Assembly: GCA_965215505.1 (NCBI GenBank)
Contig: OZ244065.1
Span: 5,856,001 to 5,920,000 of the forward strand
DNA length: 64,000 nucleotides
DNA from: Capsulimonadaceae bacterium
Lineage (GTDB): Bacteria; Armatimonadota; Armatimonadia; Armatimonadales; Capsulimonadaceae
Direction: 5' to 3'
Under the pieces are notes generated by a model that was given only the letters and a program-made list of their open reading frames with translations, was not told where the DNA came from and did not search any database. Numbering within the stretch: the stretch's first letter is position 1; each line of letters begins with the position of its first letter. A program made the translations under genes and the position numbers. Below are positions 19,348 to 29,321 of the stretch, piece by piece.

Positions 19348-20457
19348 ATGACCAATCTTAGAGAAAATTTAGTTTTGCTACAGCAAAAGGCTCGGGAGCG
19401 CACAGTTAAGACTCAGAATATTGAGTACGACCTGGAAACTCTTGTCAAGAAGATCAAGCGCGGAACAATAAAGCTAGACCCTGATTATCAGAGGCGTCAT
19501 AGGTGGTCGGACGAAACTTCCTCCCGTCTGATTGAGAGTCTGATCCTCAACATTCCGATACCGCTAATCTACCTCTCGCAAGATGTTGATGTTGATGAGG
19601 AGGACAGTGACGATAACGCGCGGTACTCTGTCATCGACGGTCAGCAAAGACTCACTGCGATCACCAAATATCTGAGTAATGAATTCGCACTGAGTGATTT
19701 ACAAACCCTCAAGGAACTTGATGGGGCTTTTTATAAAGACCTTCCTCCATTTCTAATCCGGAGGCTAGAAGAGCGAACCATAAAATGCCTCCGGATAGAC
19801 TCGACTGTTGATGCCCAAGTCAAATACGATATATTTGAAAGGCTAAACTCTGGCTCTATCAAGCTGGAACCGCAGGAGCTTCGGAACGCCCTATATGGAG
19901 GTCCTTTCAACGATCTTATAAAACGGCTAGCCACAGACCCAAACTTCCGCATCATGCTCCATATCAACTTAGATAACCCGATTAATAGTAGTCGTGTAAA
20001 AAAGATGGAAGACGCGGAACTCGTTTTGAGGTTTTTCGCCCTCAGCAACGGCAACTACAAAACGTTCAGAGGTGGCTTTAAGACATTTTTAGACACCGAA
20101 ATGGAGAAGTTTTCTCTCCTAAACAGCGTACAGTTGCTCGATCTTGAGAAAACCTTTCTAAGAACGATGAAAATCATCCGCCAGTTTTTTGGGGACTCAG
20201 CGTTCGCGAAGTTCAGGTGTGAAGACGGTGTTTTCATCGAGATGTCTAACTTCAATGTCGCTGTCTATGACGCATTATCAAACGCAGTTGCCATAGAGGT
20301 AGATCCGCTGGAGCCGCGAATAACGCCGGATGCAGTACAGCGATACCGCGACCTCTTTGCAGATAGTGGCTTCTTCGCATCCATAGAAGGTGGCACCGCC
20401 GACAAGGCCAAGGTTATCACTAGAATTGACGCTGCTAGGCAGGCGTTGTCAGGATGA
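19348..20457 (+). CDS. DUF262 (ParB/GmrSD-like) domain protein
   Basis: PDYQRRHRW, LIESLILNIPIP, VIDGQQRLT, IFERLNSG; markedly AT-rich. Confidence 0.9.
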   Translation: MTNLRENLVLLQQKARERTVKTQNIEYDLETLVKKIKRGTIKLDPDYQRRHRWSDETSSRLIESLILNIPIPLIYLSQDVDVDEEDSDDNARYSVIDGQQRLTAITKYLSNEFALSDLQTLKELDGAFYKDLPPFLIRRLEERTIKCLRIDSTVDAQVKYDIFERLNSGSIKLEPQELRNALYGGPFNDLIKRLATDPNFRIMLHINLDNPINSSRVKKMEDAELVLRFFALSNGNYKTFRGGFKTFLDTEMEKFSLLNSVQLLDLEKTFLRTMKIIRQFFGDSAFAKFRCEDGVFIEMSNFNVAVYDALSNAVAIEVDPLEPRITPDAVQRYRDLFADSGFFASIEGGTADKAKVITRIDAARQALSG

Positions 20458-21266
20458 CAACTTTCGCTCGCGATCTTGTTGACTCCCTCGACGCGAGATG
20501 GTCTGAAATCAATTTGTTGATCGCTGAGGCCGAGAGCAGAGCAAGCGATATCGACCTCTACAATGCAATCTGCCGCTCTATCTCTGTACTGATGGTCGCT
20601 CAGTTCGAGGGATTTACGAGAGATGCGGCGCGAGCGATTTTGGACGACATCAACACGTTCTCGTCATTTAGGCAAGCTCCTTCAGCTCTGAAGCAAACAT
20701 TCTGTCGCTCGTTCTTGGAAAAAGAGGATGGGGTAAATAGCAAGGAACTTCAGTCGCGCATCCAGAAGTTAATCAGCACTTTCGATGGCTTAGAAACCAA
20801 ATTCACGCTTGAGCCTTTTTTGGTGAGGGACTCTCACGACTATAACAAAAACCCGTCCCCATCAGTCATTGACCGGATCACAGAAAACTTCGGCGTCCGT
20901 AAATTCTTCACCGTACTAGACGGTTCCGATCTCGATGCCGTATTCAGCGATACCGCACCAGAAGTCGACAAGTTGAAGAATCGAATCAAAAGTTATGTCA
21001 TTACGGGTGTCGAAAACTACCCCTACATATTGGACTCTGCCGCCTTCAATGTTGGAGTCGTGACTGTGCAGATGGGAACATCTACTGGTAAGAAGCGAAC
21101 TTTCTGGGAAGACTTCCTAGACAACGTGATGTCTAAGCGACACGGTATCGCTCATGGATCAATTTCCAATAATCCCAACTCAGTTGAAGAAATCAGAAGT
21201 AGCTTAGTCAAGCTTGAGATTCTTCAGTTAGCCATCCTTATGATGGTTTGTGAAAAATCAGTTTGA
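20454..21266 (+). CDS. HEPN-family nuclease (RiboL-PSP/MAE_28990-like)
   Basis: N-terminal RSISVLMVAQFEGF helix, NPSP motif and C-terminal RxxxxH (KRHGIAHG); ATGA-coupled to DUF262. Confidence 0.8.
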   Translation: MTTFARDLVDSLDARWSEINLLIAEAESRASDIDLYNAICRSISVLMVAQFEGFTRDAARAILDDINTFSSFRQAPSALKQTFCRSFLEKEDGVNSKELQSRIQKLISTFDGLETKFTLEPFLVRDSHDYNKNPSPSVIDRITENFGVRKFFTVLDGSDLDAVFSDTAPEVDKLKNRIKSYVITGVENYPYILDSAAFNVGVVTVQMGTSTGKKRTFWEDFLDNVMSKRHGIAHGSISNNPNSVEEIRSSLVKLEILQLAILMMVCEKSV

Positions 21267-21282
21267 ACGAAGCAGCGACCTG

Positions 21283-22419
21283 CTACTCCGGCAGCGCCTC
21301 CACCGCCCGCTCGATCTCCTCATGTGTATTATAGAAGTGCGGCGAGAACCGCAGCTTGCCGCCCCGCACCGCCCCCGTCACGCCCGCCGCCGTCAGCGCC
21401 TCCAGGACAGCCTCGTTGGTGTGCGTCGGGTGCTGGAACATGACCAGACCCGCGCGCTGATGGTCGGCGCGGGGCGACGTGACCTGACAGCCCTTCGCTT
21501 CCAGCTTCTCGGCGGCATGAGCGGTCAGGGTCAGGACTTGCGCGGCGATGGCCTCCGTCCCGACCTCTTCCAGCAGCGACAGGGCCGTGTCCAGGCCAGC
21601 GATCCCCAGCCCGTTCGGGCTGCCTTCCTCGAAGCGCTGGGCGGTGGGCTTGACGGTGAAGTCTAGCGGGTCGAACTTGGCGACGTCCACAACCGCGCCC
21701 GCCCCCATGTTGACCAGGCGCATCCGCTCCAGGGCGTGGGGCGCGATGTACAGCCCGCCCATCCCCGCCGGGGCCATCAGCCACTTGTGCGAGCCGGTGA
21801 CGGCGATGTCCACCCCCCGTGCCTCGGCTTCCAGCGGCAGGACACCCAGGCCCTGGATGACGTCCACGATGAACAAGGCCCCATGCGCGTGGGCCAGAGC
21901 GGCGCAGGCGGCCAGGTCGCAGCGGAAGCCCGTCCCAAACTGCACCCAGGAGAGGGTCAGGACGCGCGTCCGGTCGTCCATGACGGCGGCCAGGTCATCC
22001 GGCGTGAACACACCATCGGCGCGCGGCGTGACCAGGCGTGTCTCGATACCTCGGTCGGCTTGCGCGTACCAGGGATAGACGACGCTCGGGTACTCACAGT
22101 CCACGCTCACCACATTGTCGCCCGGTTCCAGCCGCAGCCCGTCCGCGACGATGGACAGTCCGTGCCCCGTGTTCTTGACCAGGGCCAGGTGTTCGGCGGG
22201 GACGCCCATCAGCCGGGCCAGCCGGGTCCGCGCTGATTCGCGCCGGGCCATGACCCCCTCCGCGCCCATGAAGAACTCCATCGGATCGCGCCCCGAGAGG
22301 GCGGCGGTCTCCTGGACGGCGCGGACGACGCGGGCCGGGGCGGGCGAAACGCCGGCATGGTTGAGGTAGACGCCCCGCGCGGTGGAGGGCGCAAATTCGG
22401 TGTCACGGTATGGCTGCAT
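21283..22419 (-). CDS. Aminotransferase class V / cysteine desulfurase-like PLP enzyme
   Basis: YLNHAGVSP, VDVIQGLG, GSHKWLMAP, RFEEGSPN, RFSPHFYN. Confidence 0.9.
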   Translation of the reverse strand: MQPYRDTEFAPSTARGVYLNHAGVSPAPARVVRAVQETAALSGRDPMEFFMGAEGVMARRESARTRLARLMGVPAEHLALVKNTGHGLSIVADGLRLEPGDNVVSVDCEYPSVVYPWYAQADRGIETRLVTPRADGVFTPDDLAAVMDDRTRVLTLSWVQFGTGFRCDLAACAALAHAHGALFIVDVIQGLGVLPLEAEARGVDIAVTGSHKWLMAPAGMGGLYIAPHALERMRLVNMGAGAVVDVAKFDPLDFTVKPTAQRFEEGSPNGLGIAGLDTALSLLEEVGTEAIAAQVLTLTAHAAEKLEAKGCQVTSPRADHQRAGLVMFQHPTHTNEAVLEALTAAGVTGAVRGGKLRFSPHFYNTHEEIERAVEALPE

Positions 22420-22500
22420 GACAGGTATAATACCCATTATCTCAATCTCTCGACGGCGCAGCCCGGCAGGCCGGACGTGCCGAAGTCCAGGAGGCAAGAC

Positions 22501-22797
22501 ATGACTGCGGAAGACGCCGAAATCGGGCGCAACGTGCGCCGCGAACTCGGCAAACGGCCCATCAACTCCACCATGGTGGACGTCCAGGTCAAGGCCGGCA
22601 AGATCACGCTCACGGGCCGGCTGACGCACCTGCGGGACGACAAGACCGTCAACCTCCGGTCCGAGATCGATGTCGTGATGAAGAACATGACGCGCGACCG
22701 CCTCGTCAAAGGCTTTTTCGACCAGTTGCAGTACGCCATCGACCACGGCGACGACGGCGAGAAGGACCGGGGCAGCCGCGGGCGCATGCGGACGTGA
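22501..22797 (+). CDS. Small BON-domain-like protein
   Basis: DAEIGRNVRREL...VDVQVKAGKITLTG resembles BON; GGAGG RBS. Confidence 0.6.
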   Translation: MTAEDAEIGRNVRRELGKRPINSTMVDVQVKAGKITLTGRLTHLRDDKTVNLRSEIDVVMKNMTRDRLVKGFFDQLQYAIDHGDDGEKDRGSRGRMRT

Positions 22798-22890
22798 CCG
22801 CGACCGCCGCTTCAGACGGATGCCGCCTTCGCCCTGTACGAAAAGACGCGCGGGGCGAGGCCCCTCCCCGTGCCAAGAAAGTGAGCCGCA

Positions 22891-23184
22891 ATGGTACAGA
22901 GGCAGCCAGTCAAGACTTACCGTGTCACCTGGGATGAGCTGATGAGCCGCCGCAGCGAGATCGCCCCCGGTGCCGTGCTGGAAGTCAGCGTCTACGAGCC
23001 GGAGGCCGCGCCGAAGGTGTCTGCCAAGAACGCCGCCGCCATCGCCTACTTAAAACAGCGCATCTCTGAAGAGGCCACGGATGACCCGGAAGATATCCGC
23101 GCGGCTGACGCCGAAGTCAATGAGCTGATGGAGAATCTGAACAGGAATCGGATCGAAGCCGGGGAGAGGCCTCTCTTTCCATGA
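22891..23184 (+). CDS. Putative antitoxin
   Basis: Small acidic ORF whose stop overlaps the PIN gene start (ATGA). Confidence 0.7.
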   Translation: MVQRQPVKTYRVTWDELMSRRSEIAPGAVLEVSVYEPEAAPKVSAKNAAAIAYLKQRISEEATDDPEDIRAADAEVNELMENLNRNRIEAGERPLFP

Positions 23185-23633
23185 CGCTCCACATCCTGCT
23201 TGACTCCAGCCCGCTGGGGCTTCTGTCAAAGCCCATTCGCGGCACGGCCGCCCCCATTGCTAGCTGGGCGGTGGCCTGTCTCGCCGCCGGTCACGAACTC
23301 TACGTCCCAGAAGTGATTGATTATGAGTTGAGACGGGAGTTACTGCGGGCGGGCAAAGTGAACAGCATCAGAGAACTGGACGGGCTCAAATCCGCGCTCA
23401 ACTTCCTGCCGATTACAAGCCCCGCCATGCTCCTCGCCGCCGATCTCTGGGCAACGTCCCGGCAGAGCGGCCAGCCGACCGGCGACCCGAAGAAGCTGGA
23501 TATTGATGTCATCCTCGCCGCCCAGGCCTTGACCCTCGGCGTCCCCACCGGCGACTTGATTGTGGCGACCAGCAACGTCGCCCATATCTCCCGGTTCGTG
23601 CCTGCCGACCTGTGGAGTAATATCAAGCCGTAG
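23181..23633 (+). CDS. PIN-domain (VapC-like) toxin
   Basis: ILLDSS, VIDYELRREL, DIDVILAAQA, ATSNVAH. Confidence 0.85.
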   Translation: MTLHILLDSSPLGLLSKPIRGTAAPIASWAVACLAAGHELYVPEVIDYELRRELLRAGKVNSIRELDGLKSALNFLPITSPAMLLAADLWATSRQSGQPTGDPKKLDIDVILAAQALTLGVPTGDLIVATSNVAHISRFVPADLWSNIKP

Positions 23634-23728
23634 GATGAGAGTGCTGTTCAGCGAAATGGGAAGTGGAGAAGGCGTGACGGCGCGAGAACACAAGATAAAA
23701 TGTCAAAACGAACTGGTACAATGACCCC

Positions 23729-24751
23729 ATGAGCGAACGGATGATCTCCCCACAGGCGGGCGACGAGGACAGCGACGAGTATTCGCTGCGGCCCAAACGG
23801 CTGCGCGAGTTCATCGGGCAGCCCAAGATCAAGGAGAGCCTGAGCATCTTCCTGCTGGCCGCACAGCGGCGCGGGGAGGCGCTGGACCACGTCCTGCTGC
23901 ACGGGCCGCCGGGCCTGGGCAAGACCTCGCTGTCGCTGATCATCGCCAACGAAATGGGGGCGGCCTTGCGGGCAACCTCCGGGCCGGCCATCGAGCGGCC
24001 CGGCGACCTGGTGGCGATCCTGACGAACCTGGAAGCAGGCAGCGTCCTGTTCCTGGACGAGATTCACCGGCTGTCCCGGCCCGCCGAGGAGATCCTCTAC
24101 TCGGCGATGGAAGACTACCAGGTAGACATCGTCATCGGGCAGGGGCCGTCGGCACGGACGGTCAAGCTGGACGTGCAGCCGTTCACCCTCGTCGGCGCGA
24201 CCACGCGGGCGGGCCTGCTGTCGTCGCCGCTCCGGGACCGCTTCGGCATCCAGCACACGTTCGAGTTTTACACTCCCGAGGACCTGGTGGAGATCATCAC
24301 GCGCTCGGCGGCGATCCTGGACGTGCCGATTGACCTGGACGGGGCAGGGGAGCTGGCGCGTCGCTCGCGCGGGACGCCGCGCGTCGCCAACCGCCTGCTC
24401 AAGCGCGTCCGCGACTTCGCCCAGGTGAAGGCGGACGGCCACATCAGCCGCGAGGTCGCCGCCGCCGCCCTGGCGATGCTGGAGGTGGACGCGCTGGGGC
24501 TGGACGAGTTCGACCGCCGTCTGCTGCGTATCCTCATCGAGAAGTTCGGCGGCGGCCCGGTCGGCGTCGAAACCCTGGCGGCCGCCATGTCCGAGGAGCG
24601 GGACACCTTGGAGGACGTCTACGAGCCGTACCTGATGCAGATGGGCTTCTTGCAGCGGACGCCGCGCGGGCGGGTCGCCACCCGCCGCGCCTGGGAGCAT
24701 CTGGGCCTGACCCCGCCACCGCAGCAGCCGGGGCAGGGCGGCTTGTTCTGA
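23729..24751 (+). CDS. ruvB: Holliday junction branch migration helicase RuvB
   Basis: [52 protein letters not shown]. Confidence 0.98.
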   Translation: MSERMISPQAGDEDSDEYSLRPKRLREFIGQPKIKESLSIFLLAAQRRGEALDHVLLHGPPGLGKTSLSLIIANEMGAALRATSGPAIERPGDLVAILTNLEAGSVLFLDEIHRLSRPAEEILYSAMEDYQVDIVIGQGPSARTVKLDVQPFTLVGATTRAGLLSSPLRDRFGIQHTFEFYTPEDLVEIITRSAAILDVPIDLDGAGELARRSRGTPRVANRLLKRVRDFAQVKADGHISREVAAAALAMLEVDALGLDEFDRRLLRILIEKFGGGPVGVETLAAAMSEERDTLEDVYEPYLMQMGFLQRTPRGRVATRRAWEHLGLTPPPQQPGQGGLF

Positions 24752-24781
24752 GGGATGCGCCCCAGCCTGGCCCGCTCGCCC

Positions 24782-24810
24782 TTGACAAAGCCCCGGATGT
24801 GTGATATTCT
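24782..24810 (+). promoter_or_regulatory. sigma70-type promoter TTGACA-N17-TATTCT
   Basis: Consensus -35 and TG-extended -10 upstream of the TPR operon. Confidence 0.65.
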
Positions 24811-24890
24811 TAGGGGAGGAAGTTAGACAAGACTTCGCCAGAATGACCACCCGAGAGACTTTGTAAGAGAGACTTCGTAAGGAGCAGCAA

Positions 24891-26291
24891 GTGCATTGCC
24901 ACGACTGCAACACGGCCAACACCGTGGACAGCAAATATTGTAAAGAATGCGGTGCCAAGATCAACGAGGGATACCGGACGATGATGCTGTCGGTCCAGGA
25001 CCTCCCGTTAGGCCAGAGTGATGAAACCCTGGACCGTCTGACGCGCCTGCTGGACATGGCCTTCTGGCACAACGAGGCGGGCAACCTCGCCGCCGCCATC
25101 ACGGCGAGTGAGGCGGCCCTCGCGATCAACCCCAACTCCACCACGGCGCATTCCCTGCTGGGATCGCTCTACGAGAAGAAGGGCGACGACGCCCAGGCCA
25201 TCAACCACTTTGAAGCGGTCCTGGCCCTGAACCCGGAGAGCGCCGCCGATGCCGCCAAGCTGGACCAGATCCGGCGTGGCGTCCACGTCAAGGCCGTCGC
25301 GCCGCCGATCACGCACCAGCTGGTGCCGCCGGTCCTGGTGAAGCTCGGGCCGACACTGCGGCAGAAGTGGGCGGGGCTGTCCGAGGCCACTGCCTTGCGC
25401 GCAGGCGAGCCGGGGCTTGGCCTCCAGCGCCGGCCGCTCTATGCGGCGGGCGCGGTCGCGGGGGTCGTCCTGCTGGCGGGCCTGGCTGTGGCGCGGCCCT
25501 GGGCCGGCACACAGACGGCCGGGAACACGGTCCCCGCCGCGCCGCAGCCTAGCTCCGCAAGCCGTTCAGCCTTCGCCGGAATGGTGGCCTCGGCTGCCCC
25601 TGTCGCCGCACCCGCCCCGCCGCTCATCCTGACGCCCGCGCCGCCTTCGGGGACAGCCTCGTATCCGGCCCCAACGGCCGTGACACATGACCCCTTCGTC
25701 GGGCGCGTACCTGCGCCCACCCCACCGGACACCGCCTCGCCCGCCTGGTCCCTGCCCCCCGTACTCCCCCACGCGGCGGCTGCCCGGCGACGCCGACTAG
25801 CCGGCCATGATCTGCCGCCCCTGCGCCTGGCCGCCCTGCCCATGGTCAGCTCCGACGGGGGTATCGCGCCCGCGCCGGTCACCCTGCCTGCGGGCGTCAC
25901 GGCCCCGATGGCGTCCATCGCCTCCATCCCCCAGCACACGGTCGTCGTCGGCTCGCTCGCGGGCGGGACGGGCAGCGTGCCCGCCCAACCCGATGCGCCC
26001 TCGCACATCCGCATCACGGTCCACCAGGTCAGCGACGCCGACAACGCCGACGCCCCGATCGAGTCGAGTGGCGGGAGCGCGCCGGACGGCGGCAGTGCGA
26101 AGGGAGCCTCCTACCAGGAGAACGCCCTGTCCTTGCAGCAGGGCGGCCAGTTCAAGCAGGCGCGTCTCGCCTACCAGCGCGCCATCCGCGCGTATGAGTC
26201 GCAGATTGCTTCCGGGCAGGACTTGGAAACCGCCCAGCGCGGCCTCGCGGCCTGCCAGACAGGACTTCAGATTTGTCAGCAAAGCCAGTAG
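24891..26291 (+). CDS. Zinc-ribbon + TPR membrane protein with Pro-rich region
   Basis: CHDC...CKECG, TPR (AHSLLGSLYEKKGD), TM helix, Pro/Ala-rich segment. Confidence 0.8.
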   Translation: MHCHDCNTANTVDSKYCKECGAKINEGYRTMMLSVQDLPLGQSDETLDRLTRLLDMAFWHNEAGNLAAAITASEAALAINPNSTTAHSLLGSLYEKKGDDAQAINHFEAVLALNPESAADAAKLDQIRRGVHVKAVAPPITHQLVPPVLVKLGPTLRQKWAGLSEATALRAGEPGLGLQRRPLYAAGAVAGVVLLAGLAVARPWAGTQTAGNTVPAAPQPSSASRSAFAGMVASAAPVAAPAPPLILTPAPPSGTASYPAPTAVTHDPFVGRVPAPTPPDTASPAWSLPPVLPHAAAARRRRLAGHDLPPLRLAALPMVSSDGGIAPAPVTLPAGVTAPMASIASIPQHTVVVGSLAGGTGSVPAQPDAPSHIRITVHQVSDADNADAPIESSGGSAPDGGSAKGASYQENALSLQQGGQFKQARLAYQRAIRAYESQIASGQDLETAQRGLAACQTGLQICQQSQ

Positions 26292-28339
26292 ACGCCGCCC
26301 GCCTCGGCCTTGCCGCCCTGTGCCTGCTGGCCGGCGGCCTGGCCCCCGCCCGTGCCAAAGCCCCGCTGCCGACCGTGTTGCTTTTCCCGGCGACGGCCTC
26401 TGACGTGCCCGCGATGGTGGACCTGCGGACGCGCCTCCGTCTCGACGGCGTCCTCCAGGCCCTGACCTACGACCCCGACTCGGCCTCGGTCAAGCGGGTG
26501 GCATCGGAAACCTCGCACCCGGAGTGGCTGATTGGGACGCTCTCCGACAACGCCCGCTTGGCCCTGGCCCGTGCCCTTGGGGTGGCCTTCTACGCCGTGG
26601 TCAGCCCCGGACGCCAGAGCGACAGCACCCACATTGAGCTTGTCCAAACCGCCCCGCCCGCCCTCACTTTCGACTGGTACGGCGTCAACCGGCAGTATGG
26701 GGCGCGTGCCTTAGAATCTCAGGCCCAAGCCGCGCTCGGGCCGGTCGCCCAAGCCGCCAGCATCCCCGCGCCCACTTCCGGCGCGATGGCTTCGGCTCCC
26801 GGTATCTCGGCACCCGCGTTCGCCGTTCCCGCTCCCGCGCCCGTGGTGGTCGCCCCCGCTCCCGCGCCCGTGGTGGTCGCCCCCGCTCCCGCGCCCGTGG
26901 TGGTCGCCCCCGCTCCCGCGCCCGTGGTGGTCGCCCCCGTTGCTCCTGCTGCTCCCAGGCCCTTTATCACTGCGCCGCCTGCGTTGCCTCCAGTAATAGC
27001 ATCGCCCGCCGGACCTGCCCCCGTCGTCAAACCTGTTCCTGTCCCGGAGCCGGCTCGAATCGCGGTCAATCCGGTGCCGACATCCGTGGCAACTCCGATG
27101 CCCGTGCCGGTCATCGCGCCGCCCGTGCCGGTCATCGCGCCGCCCGTGCCGGTCATCGCGCCGCCCGTGCCGGTCATTGCGTTGCCTGTCCCGATCACCA
27201 CGCCGCCTGCTGCCCGCGTCGCCGCGCCTGTTCCCCAGGCCACCAAAGCCGCACCGCCTGCTCCGGCCGTCGTGCCCCGCGCTCCTGTGCCCCTCGTGGC
27301 TGCCCTGCCGCCACGCCCGAGCATCTTCGCCCCGCCGACGCCACAGGACTTCACGGCCATACCACCCGCCCGGCCCGCACCGGCCCGTGACGTCATTGCC
27401 CCCGTCAAGCCTGCCCCTAATGCGGAAGACCTCGCAGCCATCGCGCCGCTGATGCGGAAGGGCGACGCCGCCCTGGAAGGCGGCGACGTCGTCGGGGCCA
27501 TCGCTCTGTACCGTCAGGCCGTCAACGGCGCTCCTCTGAGCCTTGTCCCGCGCCTCAAACTGGCACAGGCATACCAGAAGGGCGGGTTGAGCGAGAAGGC
27601 ACTCAGCGAGGCACAGCGCGCGCTGGAGATCGCGCCGGACAACCAGCCGGTGCAGCAGTTCCTCTCCGAACTGGACCAGGAGAACGGCACCTCAGACGGC
27701 ACCCTGGCCCGCTACCGTGTCCTGATCGAGCATAACGCCGATGAACCGGCCGCCCATGCCGGGCTGGCCGAGGCCCTGTGGAACAGCGGCGACCTGAGCG
27801 GGGCAGAAACCGAATACAAGACCGCCAAGCGGCTGGCACCTCCCGGCGACCACACCGCCGATGCCCACCTCGCCCAGCTTTATGCCACCCAGGCCCGCTA
27901 CGATGACTGCCTGGCCGCACTCCAGGAAGCCGGCAAGGACGGTTACGCGCTGGCCCTCAAGATCGTCAAGAACCGCGCGGACACACTCAGCGGCACCATC
28001 GAAGCCTCGCGCGAGGCCTTCGCCGGCGGCAAGAGTACGCGCGAGCAGTTCTACGACGGGGCTAAGACGACCGACTCCCAGGCCCAGGCGCTGGCCGGCT
28101 TCGTCGCCCGCGTCACCCCTCCCGCCGAGTACAAGCTGTCTCACCTGCACCGGATGCTCTCCACCAACCTGCTCGCGCAGGAGGCGGCCACCCTGCGGGC
28201 CTTCATCGAAACCGGCGATGCCAAGCAGAGCGACAGCGTCTCCAAACTGGAGAAGGCCGCCCAGACCGAGATGCTGACCGCCCAGGCGGCGGAGGAGAAA
28301 CTCGGCCTGTGGGATAGGAACAGCGAAGCCAGGAAGTAA
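26273..28339 (+). CDS. Secreted TPR protein with long Pro-rich repeat linker
   Basis: Signal peptide, APAPVVVAP and PVPVIAP repeats, C-terminal TPRs. Confidence 0.8.
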   Translation: MSAKPVDAARLGLAALCLLAGGLAPARAKAPLPTVLLFPATASDVPAMVDLRTRLRLDGVLQALTYDPDSASVKRVASETSHPEWLIGTLSDNARLALARALGVAFYAVVSPGRQSDSTHIELVQTAPPALTFDWYGVNRQYGARALESQAQAALGPVAQAASIPAPTSGAMASAPGISAPAFAVPAPAPVVVAPAPAPVVVAPAPAPVVVAPAPAPVVVAPVAPAAPRPFITAPPALPPVIASPAGPAPVVKPVPVPEPARIAVNPVPTSVATPMPVPVIAPPVPVIAPPVPVIAPPVPVIALPVPITTPPAARVAAPVPQATKAAPPAPAVVPRAPVPLVAALPPRPSIFAPPTPQDFTAIPPARPAPARDVIAPVKPAPNAEDLAAIAPLMRKGDAALEGGDVVGAIALYRQAVNGAPLSLVPRLKLAQAYQKGGLSEKALSEAQRALEIAPDNQPVQQFLSELDQENGTSDGTLARYRVLIEHNADEPAAHAGLAEALWNSGDLSGAETEYKTAKRLAPPGDHTADAHLAQLYATQARYDDCLAALQEAGKDGYALALKIVKNRADTLSGTIEASREAFAGGKSTREQFYDGAKTTDSQAQALAGFVARVTPPAEYKLSHLHRMLSTNLLAQEAATLRAFIETGDAKQSDSVSKLEKAAQTEMLTAQAAEEKLGLWDRNSEARK
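26830..26938 (+). repeat. 27-bp coding tandem repeat x4 (APAPVVVAP)
   Basis: gctcccgcgcccgtggtggtcgccccc repeated. Confidence 0.9.
27101..27181 (+). repeat. 21-bp coding tandem repeat x~4 (PVPVIAP)
   Basis: cccgtgccggtcatcgcgccg repeated. Confidence 0.9.
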
Positions 28340-28361
28340 GCCTGATCAGGAAGTAAGCCCG

Positions 28362-29099
28362 ATGTCGTTATGGAACCAGTGGCTGCCTGGGGCGTCGGAC
28401 GCGGCGGAGGCCGAGCGCGTCCCACTGCCGCGCGTCGGCGAGACCGTCCGGATCCACGCGGTGGGGGATGCCTACCTCGGCGTCTACCATTCGCGAGTCC
28501 GCGCTGTCGGCCCGCGCCGGATCACGCTGAACAGCCCCGAGGCGGCGGGTTCCTCGGAGACGGTGGGCGATGTCGCCCACATCCTCCCGGTCTATACGCC
28601 GCTGACGCTCTCCTTCATCCGGGCGGATGAGCTGTACCAGTGCGAGACGCGCGTCGTCGGGCCGGTCAAGGCGGGGACCCTCACCGTCGCCCGCCCGCGC
28701 CTCATCACGCGCGTCCAGCGCCGCCAGTTCTACCGCCTGCCGCTGCACTCGCATACCCATTTCCGGGTGCGCGGTGAGACCGGCAGCACCGCCCTCATCC
28801 CCGCCCGGCTGGTCAACCTGTCCGGCGGCGGCGCGCTCCTCGCCTCCCCCAAGCCAGTCCTCGGCGGCCTCCGCGTCAGCCTCCGCGTCCCGTCCGGCAA
28901 AGACGGCGAGCCGCTGGAAGTGGAGGCCGACGCCCTCGACTGCCGGGTGACGACCCAAGGCACGGCGCGCACCTACCTGGTTCGCCTCCGCTTCCTCGGC
29001 CCGCCGCTCCTGACGGAAGAGGACCGCGACGAGATCGTCGCCTACATCTTCGAGCAGCAGCGCTTCCTCCTGCGGAACCGGAAACTCCTGCGGGCGTGA
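28362..29099 (+). CDS. YcgR-like PilZ domain (c-di-GMP binding) flagellar brake protein
   Basis: QRRQFYR (RxxxR) and NLSGGG ((D/N)xSxxG) motifs. Confidence 0.85.
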   Translation: MSLWNQWLPGASDAAEAERVPLPRVGETVRIHAVGDAYLGVYHSRVRAVGPRRITLNSPEAAGSSETVGDVAHILPVYTPLTLSFIRADELYQCETRVVGPVKAGTLTVARPRLITRVQRRQFYRLPLHSHTHFRVRGETGSTALIPARLVNLSGGGALLASPKPVLGGLRVSLRVPSGKDGEPLEVEADALDCRVTTQGTARTYLVRLRFLGPPLLTEEDRDEIVAYIFEQQRFLLRNRKLLRA

Positions 29100-29113
29100 C
29101 CGCTTGCTGAGAC

Positions 29114-29160
29114 AAAAAAATGCCTGTGGCCGATTCGCGGAAAGCGTTTCAGCCACAGGC
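29114..29160 (-). terminator. Intrinsic terminator for a minus-strand transcript
   Basis: Stem gcctgtggc...gccacaggc (29122-29160) with an A7 run on the plus strand, giving U7 on the minus strand. Confidence 0.8.
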
Positions 29161-29315
29161 TCCGCCAGAAAGGCGGATCTTGAAAAGGAGGACATGCGCC
29201 CTTTAACCTACGCACGGACGTTCCGAAAAGTTCCGGTGGGGGCGTAAAGCACCCATTTCTGTCCCTGGGTATCCTGTATTCTTCCTCACTACTGGTGGCA
29301 CCCGGAGTGCGTGCC
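29114..29315 (-). ncRNA. Candidate small RNA (~200 nt), unassigned family
   Basis: Own promoter, several hairpins and a minus-strand intrinsic terminator, between two plus-strand genes. Confidence 0.6.
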
Positions 29316-29321
29316 TGCATG

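Noticed and set aside
26830-27181. Tandem repeats as a possible CRISPR array
   Set aside because: No spacers, in-frame coding repeats, no cas genes
29114-29315. 6S RNA or riboswitch identity for the candidate sRNA
   Set aside because: No end-to-end rod with a central bubble, and no downstream minus-strand gene to regulate
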